Below, piece by piece: positions 54,017 through 63,920 of a stretch of DNA of 64,000 nt. Source of the stretch: a virus; the UHGV virus genome UHGV-0092003; one strand, 5' to 3'. A model generated the notes under the pieces. It was not told the DNA's origin and searched no databases. It saw only the letters and a program-made list of their open reading frames with translations. The stretch's first letter is position 1. Each line of letters begins with the position of its first letter. The position numbers and the translations under genes are program-made.

Positions 54017-55594
54017 TTACGATTCAAGAATCGAGAAGTCGAATTTCCCGTCTATATCTAAAATGCCTTCAGAAAAACCAGGCGTAGTGGAAATGATGTG
54101 TTTTCTCTCGTAAGAGTGAGACATCAGATGTTTGTTGGACGTATCCAGAAAATCGGCAATGAAACATACGTTCGCTTTCCCCTTTTTCTTTCGTAGACCA
54201 CGACCCACGCGTTGTCGAAGTTCAACTTCAGCCTTGCCACCACCGGCTATGATGACCGCGCCTACGCTTGGCACATCTACGCCGACGTCCAGAATTGTCG
54301 AGCCGATAAGAACGTCGATTTTCCCCGCTGCCAGTTCTGCCAGTTTTGCGGAACGAGTTGCGGCAGATGACTTGCCGTTGATAAAGCTCGAAACCAGCCC
54401 ACGCTCTTCCAACATAGTCTTTAGAATCTGCCCATGCCGTTCATGTCTAACCAGCGTCATGCAGCTCAGATTGTGGCGCTTAAACTCTTCAGCAGTATCC
54501 ACGATAGCTCGGTTTCTGGCGAGATTATACGTGATACCTAACTGATAAGCTTTTTGGTATGCGGTCGACATACTAACGCGGAAGTTGACATGTTTGCCTG
54601 TTAATTCCTTGTTTAGAAGCTCGATATCTGGAACGTACCCGATTTTACGATAAAGGAAAACTGGTTTTGCTAAAATACCCTTATCAATCAGATATTTTTC
54701 AGACACTTTGATTTCTATTCGACCAGATACAGCCATCAGACGCATGTTATCTTCGGTACTGTCCTTCATGAAAGGCGTCGCGGTTAGCGCAAGACGATAG
54801 TCTGCGTTTTTGCAGAGTCTGGCGATTTCATAAAAACTCTCACCCGACGCCTCATGAGCTTCCTCAAGGATTAGAAGCGAGACCTTAGACAGCATTTGTT
54901 TCATCAGTTCACGTCGACGTAGATGAAATTCTCGTTTCTCTTTCGACAGATCGCTACCAGGCTCGCTCAGGAAGCTGGATAGCGTCTGGACAGTCGCCAC
55001 GTTAATAAATCGAGAGAACTTCAGCTCGCCGGAACCAATGATACCGACCTTTTCGTTTTTGAGCCACGGCTCACCATGGGCAGCTCGATAATCGATGGAC
55101 TCCTGGAAATTGTCAGCCATCTGGAACATTAGCATCGAGCGAGTGGTGATAAACAGCGTCATCCTGCCGATCCTTGCTGCGGCTTTGCACGCGATTTGCG
55201 ATTTGCCGCCACCGGTGGCAACCTGAGCAATCATTCCACCAAATCGAACCAGGCGCTCACAAGTCTCGTCCTGATAGGCGTAATCAGGATTGTATGGGAA
55301 TGGGCTTACGACGGGGTTTGGGTTGCCTAGAGGTTTGGTCAGTTCTTTTCGAACCAGAGCACATTTGATGCCAGACCGGCCAAGATCTGCAGCAACGGCA
55401 CGAGCGAACCCGGCCGGAAATACACCGTTGGCCCAGCTGAACATTGAGCTTTGACCATCCCAGCCACTTCCGCCGCCGCCGTATCTTCCGCCGTCTACTT
55501 CATAGCTGAGCATTTTCTGTATTTTCAATTTCACATCGTCATTTGCTCCCTTGACGATGGCATTGACTGCGTCAAACACGATTCTGACTGTCAT
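54017..55594 (-). CDS. SF2 DEAH-box DNA helicase (UvsW-like role plausible)
   Basis: 525 aa. Motif I ATGGGKSQIA. Motif II LILEEAHEASG. Motif III LTATPF. Motif VI QRVGRGLRKKKG. Confidence 0.8.
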   Translation of the reverse strand: MTVRIVFDAVNAIVKGANDDVKLKIQKMLSYEVDGGRYGGGGSGWDGQSSMFSWANGVFPAGFARAVAADLGRSGIKCALVRKELTKPLGNPNPVVSPFPYNPDYAYQDETCERLVRFGGMIAQVATGGGKSQIACKAAARIGRMTLFITTRSMLMFQMADNFQESIDYRAAHGEPWLKNEKVGIIGSGELKFSRFINVATVQTLSSFLSEPGSDLSKEKREFHLRRRELMKQMLSKVSLLILEEAHEASGESFYEIARLCKNADYRLALTATPFMKDSTEDNMRLMAVSGRIEIKVSEKYLIDKGILAKPVFLYRKIGYVPDIELLNKELTGKHVNFRVSMSTAYQKAYQLGITYNLARNRAIVDTAEEFKRHNLSCMTLVRHERHGQILKTMLEERGLVSSFINGKSSAATRSAKLAELAAGKIDVLIGSTILDVGVDVPSVGAVIIAGGGKAEVELRQRVGRGLRKKKGKANVCFIADFLDTSNKHLMSHSYERKHIISTTPGFSEGILDIDGKFDFSILES

Positions 55595-55659
55595 TTTTTG
55601 ATTTCCTTCGTGCCTTATTTGTGTTAATTGGGTATTCTATGTAAGTAATCATTTACTAA

Positions 55660-56373
55660 ATGGATTGTATCAAAAATATGGACGTTAAAATCAGTATTTT
55701 GACGGTGGAGACAGCGCAGTTACGGCCGAATCCCTGGAATACGAATGTCGTTGGCGCTCGAAACTTCGACAAGCTGAAAAACTCAATCGACCGGCTTGGC
55801 TTTTTTAAGCCGATTCTGGTTCGTGAGTTGCTGGACGGCACTTACGAAATTCTCGGTGGGGAGCACCGCTGGCGTGCCGCTATTGAGCAGGGTATGGCAA
55901 CCGTTCCAGTCACCTCCGTTGGCGTGATTGATGACAACACCGCCAAGCAGATGTCACTGGTTGATAATGAGCGTTACGGTGAAGATGATGCCGTCGAGCT
56001 GCAGCGCCTTATTGAAAGTATTCAGGCTGAAATTGACTATTCGCTGGCAGATATTGCCCCGTATGACGAGGAAATGACTGAAACGCTGGCGCGTGAGTCC
56101 AGTATCGACCTGGAAGAGCTGGGTCTGTTGGGCGAAGAGGAAGATCACGTCGTTGAGCCGGACACTCGCGAGAAGAAGGAGCGTCTTGGCGTTGAACACC
56201 AGACTATGCGCTTCAAGGTTTCGTTTGACACGGCAGAGAGCGTGACGGAAGTCATCAAAACTATCATCCGGGAGCAGGGGATTAAAACCGGCAGCGAAAT
56301 GGAAGACGCTGGCGAAGCTCTGGTGTGGCTCACTCAATATTACAAGGACGTGACCGATGAAAAAGTCGTTTGA
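55660..56373 (+). CDS. ParB N-terminal (ParB/Srx nuclease-like) domain protein 1
   Basis: 237 aa. LRPNPWNTN...FFKPILVREL.DGTYEILGGEHRWRAAIEQG. Acidic C-terminal half. Confidence 0.65.
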   Translation: MDCIKNMDVKISILTVETAQLRPNPWNTNVVGARNFDKLKNSIDRLGFFKPILVRELLDGTYEILGGEHRWRAAIEQGMATVPVTSVGVIDDNTAKQMSLVDNERYGEDDAVELQRLIESIQAEIDYSLADIAPYDEEMTETLARESSIDLEELGLLGEEEDHVVEPDTREKKERLGVEHQTMRFKVSFDTAESVTEVIKTIIREQGIKTGSEMEDAGEALVWLTQYYKDVTDEKVV

Positions 56374-57031
56374 AATTCAGTATCTCGATCCGCGTACTCT
56401 CATCCCGTATGAGAAAAACGCCAAAAAGCACGATGAGCGCCAGATTAAAGACCTGGCTGCAGCCATCATTAGTCGTGGATTTGACCAGCCAATCACCGTT
56501 GACAAGCATCGTGTAATCATTACCGGCCATGGTCGTCGTGAAGCGGCTCTGGTGGCTGGTTTGGCTCTTGTGCCTGTCATTGTTCGTGACGATCTGACAG
56601 AAAGCGCTGTGCGAGCGAAACGTCTCGAAGACAACCGCTTAGCCAGTATCGATTATGACGCTATTCGTATGCAGGAAGAGCTAAACGAACTACTTCAGGA
56701 CGAAGACGTTGAGATCTACGGCTTTGACGAGCGTGAGTTGAAGGTTTTCATCGAAGACCTGACCGAAAAAATGGCTGACGATACGTTGATCGACGACCTG
56801 AATGAAGAGGCTGAGCGCCAGCGAGAAGAGCATAAAGCGATAACGGAAGAAGTCGCCGGTGGCAGAACTCGCATCATCGACATTCTGGGGTTCAAAGATG
56901 TGCCGACCAGCAGTGCGATCGCCGTTGGTGATTTGTTGGCTCACATGGAAGAGAAAACCGGTCTGATGGGAGAAGCCGCTTTTATTGCCTTTGCGGAGAA
57001 GATTTCCGAAGAGGTGGCCGAGTATGAGTAA
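56357..57031 (+). CDS. ParB N-terminal domain protein 2
   Basis: 224 aa. LIPYEKNAKKH...GFDQPITVDKHRVIITGHGRREAALVAGL. Acidic coiled-coil C-terminus. Confidence 0.65.
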   Translation: MKKSFEIQYLDPRTLIPYEKNAKKHDERQIKDLAAAIISRGFDQPITVDKHRVIITGHGRREAALVAGLALVPVIVRDDLTESAVRAKRLEDNRLASIDYDAIRMQEELNELLQDEDVEIYGFDERELKVFIEDLTEKMADDTLIDDLNEEAERQREEHKAITEEVAGGRTRIIDILGFKDVPTSSAIAVGDLLAHMEEKTGLMGEAAFIAFAEKISEEVAEYE

Positions 57032-57665
57032 GTACGTCATCAACGTCTCTTTCAACACGCGGGTCAATAAGACGATCCGCACGCTGGAGATCGCCGAATC
57101 TTTCGGACTTGGTTTGGACGAAAAGGCGTGGACGCTTTATGACAATCTGGAACTGGACATCGAACGCGGTGACGTAGTTTACGTGACCGGTCAGTCCGGT
57201 TCCGGCAAATCCGTTGTTCTTCGTGAATTGCAGCGCCTGATGGCTGATGCCGGCCAGCGAGTTGCGTCAATTGACGACTTCGTCTTCGCAGATGACACCA
57301 ACGTTATTGATCAGCTAGGGAAGACCACCAGCGACGCGCTGGGGCTGCTTTCTATGGCTGGGCTGAATGACGCCTATCTGTTTGTCAGAAAGCCGTCAGA
57401 GATGTCTGACGGCCAGAAGTATCGTCTCAAAATCGCCAAGTTAATCGAATCCGGCGCAGATGTCTGGGTTGCCGATGAATTTGGCGCGGTTTTGGATCGA
57501 GTGACTGCCCAGGTTGTTGCCTCCAATCTGCAGCGTGCCGCTCGCGCTGTCGGCGCGACGGTCATTGTTGCGACAACGCATGAAGACCTTAAAAATGCAC
57601 TGCGACCATCAGTGCAGATCACCAAACACTATAAAGAGCGTGTGAAGGTGGATTATGAGCATTGA
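57024..57665 (+). CDS. stand-alone ABC-type ATPase
   Basis: 213 aa from ATG 57024 (ATGAGTAA overlap). Walker A GQSGSGKS. Signature-like SDGQKYRLKIA. Walker B VWVADEFGAVLD. H-loop ATTHED. Confidence 0.6.
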   Translation: MSKYVINVSFNTRVNKTIRTLEIAESFGLGLDEKAWTLYDNLELDIERGDVVYVTGQSGSGKSVVLRELQRLMADAGQRVASIDDFVFADDTNVIDQLGKTTSDALGLLSMAGLNDAYLFVRKPSEMSDGQKYRLKIAKLIESGADVWVADEFGAVLDRVTAQVVASNLQRAARAVGATVIVATTHEDLKNALRPSVQITKHYKERVKVDYEH

Positions 57666-58212
57666 TAACAAGGTTTTCCCGATTTATGAGGGCGCCCAGC
57701 TGAGGCGCCGTTTTACCACTGAAGAAGAGTGGAAAGACTGGCTGCGTGCGCATGGTGCATATGGTTTCCGTGTGGCCCCGTATTACAGTCGCTGCGTTGT
57801 GGTATTTGGTGCAGATCGTTATGTCGAGACGATGAAGCAGCTGTACGGCGTCGACGATAGCGAGTTTATCGGTGATGCTGGTGGTTGGGTAACGGACATG
57901 GGTTACTTCGAAGCAGACCGCTCGGTTCACGGCGTTTTTCTTCCTGACGTCCGGGACGAAAAAACGTTATGGCATGAGGCTCTGCATGTTGCTATGTCGA
58001 CCGCAGAATCGCACGGCGTTCATTTGGTCGATCAGGAGGCCATTACCTATCTGCAGGGGTACATCGCCGAGAAGCTGGATGCTGCATTCAGTCAATTCAA
58101 AGCTGATAAAAAAGCAGGTGGCTTACCTCCAGTAGAATCCATTGTGACCCGAGATCCGCGCTCCATCCGTCGCGGAGTTTATGGCTGTGTTAAGAAGGTG
58201 GTGAAGAGATGA
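57655..58212 (+). CDS. HExxH motif protein (putative zinc metallopeptidase-like)
   Basis: 185 aa. Contains TLWHEALHVAMS. Confidence 0.4.
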   Translation: MSIDNKVFPIYEGAQLRRRFTTEEEWKDWLRAHGAYGFRVAPYYSRCVVVFGADRYVETMKQLYGVDDSEFIGDAGGWVTDMGYFEADRSVHGVFLPDVRDEKTLWHEALHVAMSTAESHGVHLVDQEAITYLQGYIAEKLDAAFSQFKADKKAGGLPPVESIVTRDPRSIRRGVYGCVKKVVKR

Positions 58213-59099
58213 CCGACATCATTATCAAACGCCACCGGCCTGAAGAGTTCCCGCGCCATCTGGACTTCATGGAACGTATCGTTGTGAAGAAAGGTACGGT
58301 AGATGACTGGAATACGCTTAAAGGTTTGCACTACAAAACTGACGGTAAGCCTTTTGCCCCATCATATTACCGGGCTGAGCTGGACGGGCGTCTCATTGGT
58401 GTTCTCGTTATGGCGTATCCGAAACTTCTACTGGCGCCGCGTCATCGCATGTTCCCGGACATTAAGCCGACATCGAATACGCGTGAAGCGAATCAGATTT
58501 GGGGCAAACGTGTGAATCAGGAGTTCGCCGTTGTCAGCCGTCTGGTGGCCGACACGCAATATCGTGGTCTTGGATTATCGTATCGCTTTATGAACATGGT
58601 TTGTCGTATGCACGATAAGCCTATCCTCGAAATTCAGTCATCCATGAGCAAGTACAACCCGTTCGCTATGAAAGCAGGGTTTAAGTTCATCAAGCCAGAA
58701 AGACCAAAGTCCTACGAAAGCGCTCTGAAAGTCTTCCAGCGCCATTTCAGAGCTGACCCTGGTGATAACGAGTCTGTGGTGAAAGAGCTGCTGAGAATGG
58801 CGGAGGGGCGCAGGAAACGCGCATTGCATGATCTGGTTGCGAACTACCACAAAAATTCGTCGCTGGCGAAAGCTGGACGTAACCGCGGGACGACTGTTCA
58901 GGACATTGCAGACACACTGACGGACGAAGCGAGCATTGTGAAGCTTCTGAAGGATATTCACACGCTGAGTTTCACCAGTCCGCTCTATGGAGTGTATCGG
59001 AACCCGGATTTTGGACGTCAGCTGCCTGACGCTCTGCCACTTCTCGCATTTGATAACCAGCCGCTGGATGCGCCGCTGGATTTAACGAAAATTTTGTAA
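58209..59099 (+). CDS. GNAT-fold acetyltransferase-like protein
   Basis: 296 aa. VSRLVADTQYRGLGLSYRFMNMV resembles GNAT motif A (R/Q-x-x-G-x-G/A). Confidence 0.45.
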   Translation: MTDIIIKRHRPEEFPRHLDFMERIVVKKGTVDDWNTLKGLHYKTDGKPFAPSYYRAELDGRLIGVLVMAYPKLLLAPRHRMFPDIKPTSNTREANQIWGKRVNQEFAVVSRLVADTQYRGLGLSYRFMNMVCRMHDKPILEIQSSMSKYNPFAMKAGFKFIKPERPKSYESALKVFQRHFRADPGDNESVVKELLRMAEGRRKRALHDLVANYHKNSSLAKAGRNRGTTVQDIADTLTDEASIVKLLKDIHTLSFTSPLYGVYRNPDFGRQLPDALPLLAFDNQPLDAPLDLTKIL

Positions 59100-59108
59100 G
59101 GACACACT

Positions 59109-59375
59109 ATGAACCTGACTTCTAAACAAAAAGACGTCATCAAAACCTTGAATCTCGGCTATGAGCGTGGACATCTTCTCGATCTGGACGAGCTGCTGGA
59201 GATTTTGCCCTATCGCACAACGAAACAGAGCATTCAGTTTTCGCTGCGTGCGCTGATCAAGAAAGGTCTGGTTGAAAAGCACGACTGCCGGCCGCGGGGC
59301 GAAACGCTGCATCAACGTCGCACGCTGGGGTTGACTATTCTTGGCCGAGCAAAAGCCAAAATGCTGCTGGCGTAG
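59109..59375 (+). CDS. winged-helix DNA-binding protein, hypothetical
   Basis: 88 aa. Basic C-terminus. Confidence 0.4.
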   Translation: MNLTSKQKDVIKTLNLGYERGHLLDLDELLEILPYRTTKQSIQFSLRALIKKGLVEKHDCRPRGETLHQRRTLGLTILGRAKAKMLLA

Positions 59376-59487
59376 TCAAGTGCCTGATTCTGTATGTTTT
59401 TAAAAGAAGAACTTCAGAATATATAAATATATTAAGAGCCAGGCATTGTTTTTTGTGTTTTTTGGTTGTTTTTTAAACTTAAACAGA

Positions 59488-59545
59488 CCAGAAAACAAAT
59501 TGTTTTAAGGCGTCAGGAAGATGCCGAGTGGTAGTAGAGGGAACT
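59488..59545 (+). promoter_or_regulatory. dyad element upstream of terS
   Basis: CCAGAAAACAAATTGTTTTAAGGCG. Confidence 0.45.
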
Positions 59546-60133
59546 ATGACAGAATCCGCAAAAAAAACGCGCCTGTCTCCGGCGCAATGGGCAGAAATTG
59601 AGGTTAAGTGGCGCTCAGGCGAATACACCTTATCGATGCTCGAAGAAGAGTACGGAACTCGCTCTGAGACGTTCTCGCGGTACTTCAAAAAGAAGGGTAT
59701 CGCTAAAGGCTCAGACAGTGTCGGGGAGATGATCCGCGAATCACTGAAGTCGGATGCCGAAATTCGTGCGCGTGCGCGTGCGCAAAAAGTGGAAAGCAGG
59801 AAAGAGGAGTACGACAAGTGGGCTATCTGGCTGAGCGGTCTCACCATTAATCAGATCGCCACCGCCAAGAAGGAAGGCCGCTCACTTAGTTTAGTTGAAG
59901 ACGATATTAAGTCCCTCCAGCGTGCTGCCGCTGTCGTTCAGAAGTGCTTCGACGTGTCGAGCCGCGCTCTCGGTCTGGAAAAAGATGACGTTATTACTGA
60001 CGAAATCCCGAATCTTGTTTTCGGCGAGCTGACTCCGGCCCAAGTAGATGAGCTTAAAAAAATGGACGAGGACAACCTTGTCGATGAAGAGGATCTGTTC
60101 CTTCCAGATGTAGAAGACGAGGGGGAGGAATAA
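59546..60133 (+). CDS. terminase small subunit (putative)
   Basis: ATG 59546 with SD GAGGG. N-terminal HTH-like region (LSPAQWAEIEVKWRSGEYTLSMLEEEYG). Acidic C-terminus. Immediately upstream of TerL with TAATG overlap. Confidence 0.55.
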   Translation: MTESAKKTRLSPAQWAEIEVKWRSGEYTLSMLEEEYGTRSETFSRYFKKKGIAKGSDSVGEMIRESLKSDAEIRARARAQKVESRKEEYDKWAIWLSGLTINQIATAKKEGRSLSLVEDDIKSLQRAAAVVQKCFDVSSRALGLEKDDVITDEIPNLVFGELTPAQVDELKKMDEDNLVDEEDLFLPDVEDEGEE

Positions 60134-61389
60134 TGGCTATTCCATCATCCCTGAGTCTGGTTCAGTTGCATTCGGGGCAGATGAAGGTCTTCAAGTCTCC
60201 ACATCGTTTTAAGGTTGTTTGTGCCGGTCGACGCTGGGGTAAGTCTCGTCTGTCGATCTCCAAAATTATAAAAGCCGCCGCTGCCAATCGTAAGCAGCGC
60301 GTCTGGTATGTTGCGCCGACATACCAGATGGCACGTCAAATCCTGTGGGATGACCTGCAGGAAGTGCTGCCGCGTAAATGGATCGCGAAGAAGAACGACA
60401 CCACGATGACTATCGTCCTAAAAAACGGTAGTGAAATTGCACTGAAGGGCGCTGATAAGCCTGATACGCTGCGTGGTGTTGCGTTGAACTTTGTCGTGCT
60501 CGACGAGTTTCAGGATATGAAGCCCGATACCTGGTACAAGGTACTTCGTCCGACACTTTCGTCTACTCGCGGCGGGGCGCTTATCATCGGAACACCAAAG
60601 GGATTCTCAGAGTTCCATAAACTTTGGATGATAGGCCAGAACCCGGAGATGCAAGCGAAAGGTTTGTGGAAGAGCTGGCAGTTTGTGACCGCGGATTCTC
60701 CGTTTGTTCCAGACAGTGAGATCGAGGCGGCGAAGAATGATATGGACCCTAAATCGTTCGCGCAGGAGTACCTTGCGTCGTTCGAAAACATGTCTGGGCG
60801 CGTATATTACCCGTTCGATCGCAACGTGCATGTCAGGCCGCTACAGTTCAATCCGCGTTTGCCAATCTGGGTTGGTCAGGACTTCAACATCGACCCAATG
60901 TCCTCGGTGATCCTGCAGCCGCAGCCGAACGGTGAAGTATGGGCTATTGATGAGGTTGTTCTGTTTTCGTCGAATACCTCAGAAGTGTGTGATGAGCTGG
61001 AGAGACGTTACTGGCGTCAGAAAAGCCAGGTCACGATTTTCCCTGACCCGGCCGGCGCATATCGACAGCACGCTCGCGGTGAGTCTGATGTGGACATCTT
61101 CAAGGAGAAGGGGTTCATGCGAGTGGATCACCCGAAGAAGCACCCACCGATTGCCGACCGCGTGAACGCAGTAAACAGGTTGCTGCTGACCGCTTCAGGT
61201 GACGTTCGTCTGTACATTGATCCGAAGTGTAAGCATTTGATTGAGTCACTTGAGAAGGTGATTTACAAACCTGGCGGTCGAGATATTGATAAAACAGGGA
61301 ACGTCGAGCACAGTGCCGATGCTCTGGGTTATCCAATTCATCGTCGCTTCCCGGTTAAAACTCGTGTTATTCTTGGCGGATCTAGATAA
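60133..61389 (+). CDS. terminase large subunit
   Basis: 418 aa. Walker A VVCAGRRWGKS. Walker B NFVVLDEFQDM. C-terminal RNase-H-like nuclease region with conserved Asp (GQDFNIDPMS, FPDPAG). Confidence 0.8.
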   Translation: MAIPSSLSLVQLHSGQMKVFKSPHRFKVVCAGRRWGKSRLSISKIIKAAAANRKQRVWYVAPTYQMARQILWDDLQEVLPRKWIAKKNDTTMTIVLKNGSEIALKGADKPDTLRGVALNFVVLDEFQDMKPDTWYKVLRPTLSSTRGGALIIGTPKGFSEFHKLWMIGQNPEMQAKGLWKSWQFVTADSPFVPDSEIEAAKNDMDPKSFAQEYLASFENMSGRVYYPFDRNVHVRPLQFNPRLPIWVGQDFNIDPMSSVILQPQPNGEVWAIDEVVLFSSNTSEVCDELERRYWRQKSQVTIFPDPAGAYRQHARGESDVDIFKEKGFMRVDHPKKHPPIADRVNAVNRLLLTASGDVRLYIDPKCKHLIESLEKVIYKPGGRDIDKTGNVEHSADALGYPIHRRFPVKTRVILGGSR

Positions 61390-61420
61390 GTAAGTATTTA
61401 CTAACATAGGAATATGACAA

Positions 61421-62995
61421 ATGGAATTGTCGAACAAAATGATTCAGGATCTGGTGAATCGCCGCCATCCTGATTATGAGCTACGAAAAGCTCATTGGGA
61501 CTTTATCGCAGCCACCTACGCCGGTGGCCGCACTTGGTTTAAAGATAACATCTTCCGCTACTTTAAGGAGGGTGATGCCGAGTTCAAGGAGCGTCTGGAA
61601 CGCGCTTACCGGTTTAACCATACCCGCGAAGTCGTGAATCTGATTAATAAATATCTGTTCAAAGAGGACATTCAGCGCTGCGAGGATGATGCCCCGCCGT
61701 CAGTGAAGGAGTTCTGGAAGCGAGCAACCCGTCAGAATATGAACATTGATGATTTTATGGTTGAAGTAGACCTCCAGTCTTCAATTTATGGCCGTATCTG
61801 GGTGGTTGTTGATAGCACCGTATCGGGCGACATCGAGTCGAAAGAAGACCAGAAAAAGTCTGATGGCCGCGCCTATGCATATTGGGTTTCACCTCAGCAG
61901 ATGCTGGACTGTGCTTGGGATGAAGAGGGGAATCTGAGTTGGATTCTGATCTGCGAAGTGAGCCGCGACGACGCTGACCCCTTCACCTCATCGGGTAAAG
62001 AGTTCCTGCGTTACCGTCTATGGACGAAAGACCACTGGTATCTTTTCCGCGAAGATCGCAAGGGGCAGCGGTCAGGTAGTAGAACGAAAGTTGTTTTGGA
62101 AGATACTGGAGAGCACGGTCTCGGCATGGTTCCTGTCTTCCCTGTTGACTGTATGGGTCAGAGCGAATCGCCGTACTTCAGTCCATCACTGATTGACGAT
62201 ATTGCCTATCTCGACCGGGCTGTTGCCAACTATCTGTCTAACCTTGATGCCATCATTCAGGATCAGACATTTTCGCAACTGGCTATCCCGGTTCAATCTC
62301 TCTTGCCTGGTGACGCTGACCACAAGAAGGTTCTTGAGTTTGGCACGAAACGCGTTTTCACCTATGACGGTGAAAATGGCGCCCAGCCTTTCTATCTGTC
62401 GCCAGACCCAAAACAGGCGAGCATGATCATTTCGACCGTCCAGCAGATCATCAACGAGATTTATCACTCTGTTGGTGTTGCTGGAGAGCGCACGAAGCAG
62501 GACAACGCAAAGGGTATCGACAACTCCAGCGGCGCAGCCAAACTGTATGACTTCCAGCGAGTAAATAGTCTACTCATCAATAAATCGAGTCGCCTGCAGC
62601 GAGCCGAAGAAATGTTGATGACGCTGGTAACTGCATGGATGGGTGAGAAGATGCCAGAGGGCGAAGAATTGGTCACGTACCCGGAGAGTTTCGACATCCG
62701 TGGACTGGTTGATGAATTCGAAGTCGCGAGCAACCTGAAAGATCTTGAAGCGCCAGATTCTGTCCGTCGTTATCAGATGGAAATCCTTATCGATAAAATC
62801 TTCCCGAATCTTTCCAAAGACAAAATGAAGGATATTGAGAAAGATTTATTGCAATTTCCTCCAAAAAATGACGCCTTGGCACTTGAAAGTAAGTTAGCAC
62901 TTACTTATGATAAAGGTACGGCCCGAGAAAATGGGCAAGAAAAATCCCAAGGAACCGGGAAACCATCACCCAAGAAACCGGGTAATGACGAATAA
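61421..62995 (+). CDS. portal protein (putative)
   Basis: 524 aa. Position directly after TerL and typical size. Basic C-terminal tail. Confidence 0.55.
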   Translation: MELSNKMIQDLVNRRHPDYELRKAHWDFIAATYAGGRTWFKDNIFRYFKEGDAEFKERLERAYRFNHTREVVNLINKYLFKEDIQRCEDDAPPSVKEFWKRATRQNMNIDDFMVEVDLQSSIYGRIWVVVDSTVSGDIESKEDQKKSDGRAYAYWVSPQQMLDCAWDEEGNLSWILICEVSRDDADPFTSSGKEFLRYRLWTKDHWYLFREDRKGQRSGSRTKVVLEDTGEHGLGMVPVFPVDCMGQSESPYFSPSLIDDIAYLDRAVANYLSNLDAIIQDQTFSQLAIPVQSLLPGDADHKKVLEFGTKRVFTYDGENGAQPFYLSPDPKQASMIISTVQQIINEIYHSVGVAGERTKQDNAKGIDNSSGAAKLYDFQRVNSLLINKSSRLQRAEEMLMTLVTAWMGEKMPEGEELVTYPESFDIRGLVDEFEVASNLKDLEAPDSVRRYQMEILIDKIFPNLSKDKMKDIEKDLLQFPPKNDALALESKLALTYDKGTARENGQEKSQGTGKPSPKKPGNDE

Positions 62996-63007
62996 AAGGA
63001 TTTACGA

Positions 63008-63892
63008 ATGAAATTATGGCAGTGGATGCAGCTGACCAATACCCATCGCGGGTATATGGATGTTGCAGGTAAAGAAGAGTTAGGTGGCGGCGGTGGCGAA
63101 GCATCTGTCGAAGACAAGGGCGCCGCACCGGAAGACAAAGGCGATAAGAGCGAAACTACAGCTGACGATCTGCAAGGTCTGAGCGCTGAAGAGCTGATCG
63201 CTAAGGTTCGTGAAGAACGTAAAAACGCCGCGTCTCTGCTGAAAGAGAGCATGAAGCGCAAGAGTAACGAGCAAACTCTGAAAGAAAAACTGGCTAAGTA
63301 CGGCGATATCGCACCGGAGCGTGCGCTTGAGCTGGTTCAAGCCGAGTCCGCTGCTCAAAAGGCTCGCGAAGACGCTGAGCGTCAGGAGCTTGAGCGCCGC
63401 GGTGAATTTGACGCTGTGAAAAAGCAGATGATCGAAGCACACGGAAAAGACCTGGAAGGTCGCGACGCTCGTATTGCTGAACTCGAAGCTGAAATCGCAG
63501 GTATGAAGAACAAGTTGGTTGAGAAAACCATCGGTACTTCGTTTGGGGAGTCCCAATTCCTGCGTGAAAAAGTCCTGATGACTCCGGCAAAAGCCCGCGT
63601 TATTTACGGCTCTCACTTCGAAATTGGCGAAGACGGTCAGGTAGTTGGTTACGACAAACCAGCTGGCGCGAAAGATCGTGCGGTTCTGGTTGATGGTCAA
63701 GGCAACCCGCTGGCATTTGAGAGTGCGATTGAACGCATTCTGCGTGCTGACCCGGAGGCTGATGCTCTGTTGCGCAGTGAAGCGAAACAAGGCGCTCATT
63801 CCAAAACCACCACCAAACCGAAACTGAATACCGAAACCAAAAAGTCGACACTGGATAAGTTGACCGCTGGCATCGGTAAATTGAACAAGTAA
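63008..63892 (+). CDS. head scaffolding protein (putative)
   Basis: 294 aa. Ala/Glu/Lys/Arg-rich coiled coil. Follows the portal gene. Confidence 0.5.
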   Translation: MKLWQWMQLTNTHRGYMDVAGKEELGGGGGEASVEDKGAAPEDKGDKSETTADDLQGLSAEELIAKVREERKNAASLLKESMKRKSNEQTLKEKLAKYGDIAPERALELVQAESAAQKAREDAERQELERRGEFDAVKKQMIEAHGKDLEGRDARIAELEAEIAGMKNKLVEKTIGTSFGESQFLREKVLMTPAKARVIYGSHFEIGEDGQVVGYDKPAGAKDRAVLVDGQGNPLAFESAIERILRADPEADALLRSEAKQGAHSKTTTKPKLNTETKKSTLDKLTAGIGKLNK

Positions 63893-63920
63893 CAAACATC
63901 TTAATCATAAGGAAATGAAA

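Noticed and set aside
54132-54545. 137-aa + strand ORF inside the helicase gene.
   Set aside because: It is antisense to a helicase with motifs I, II, III and VI intact.
55660-57665. Canonical ParAB partition system.
   Set aside because: The ATPase is ABC-type (signature and H-loop present) rather than a deviant-Walker ParA, and it follows the ParB-like genes rather than preceding them. The cluster is treated as a distinct module.
63080-63895. 271-aa minus-strand ORF antisense to the scaffold gene.
   Set aside because: The Ala/Glu/Lys-rich coiled-coil gene yields an open antisense frame. Gene order (TerL, portal, scaffold) supports the + strand.
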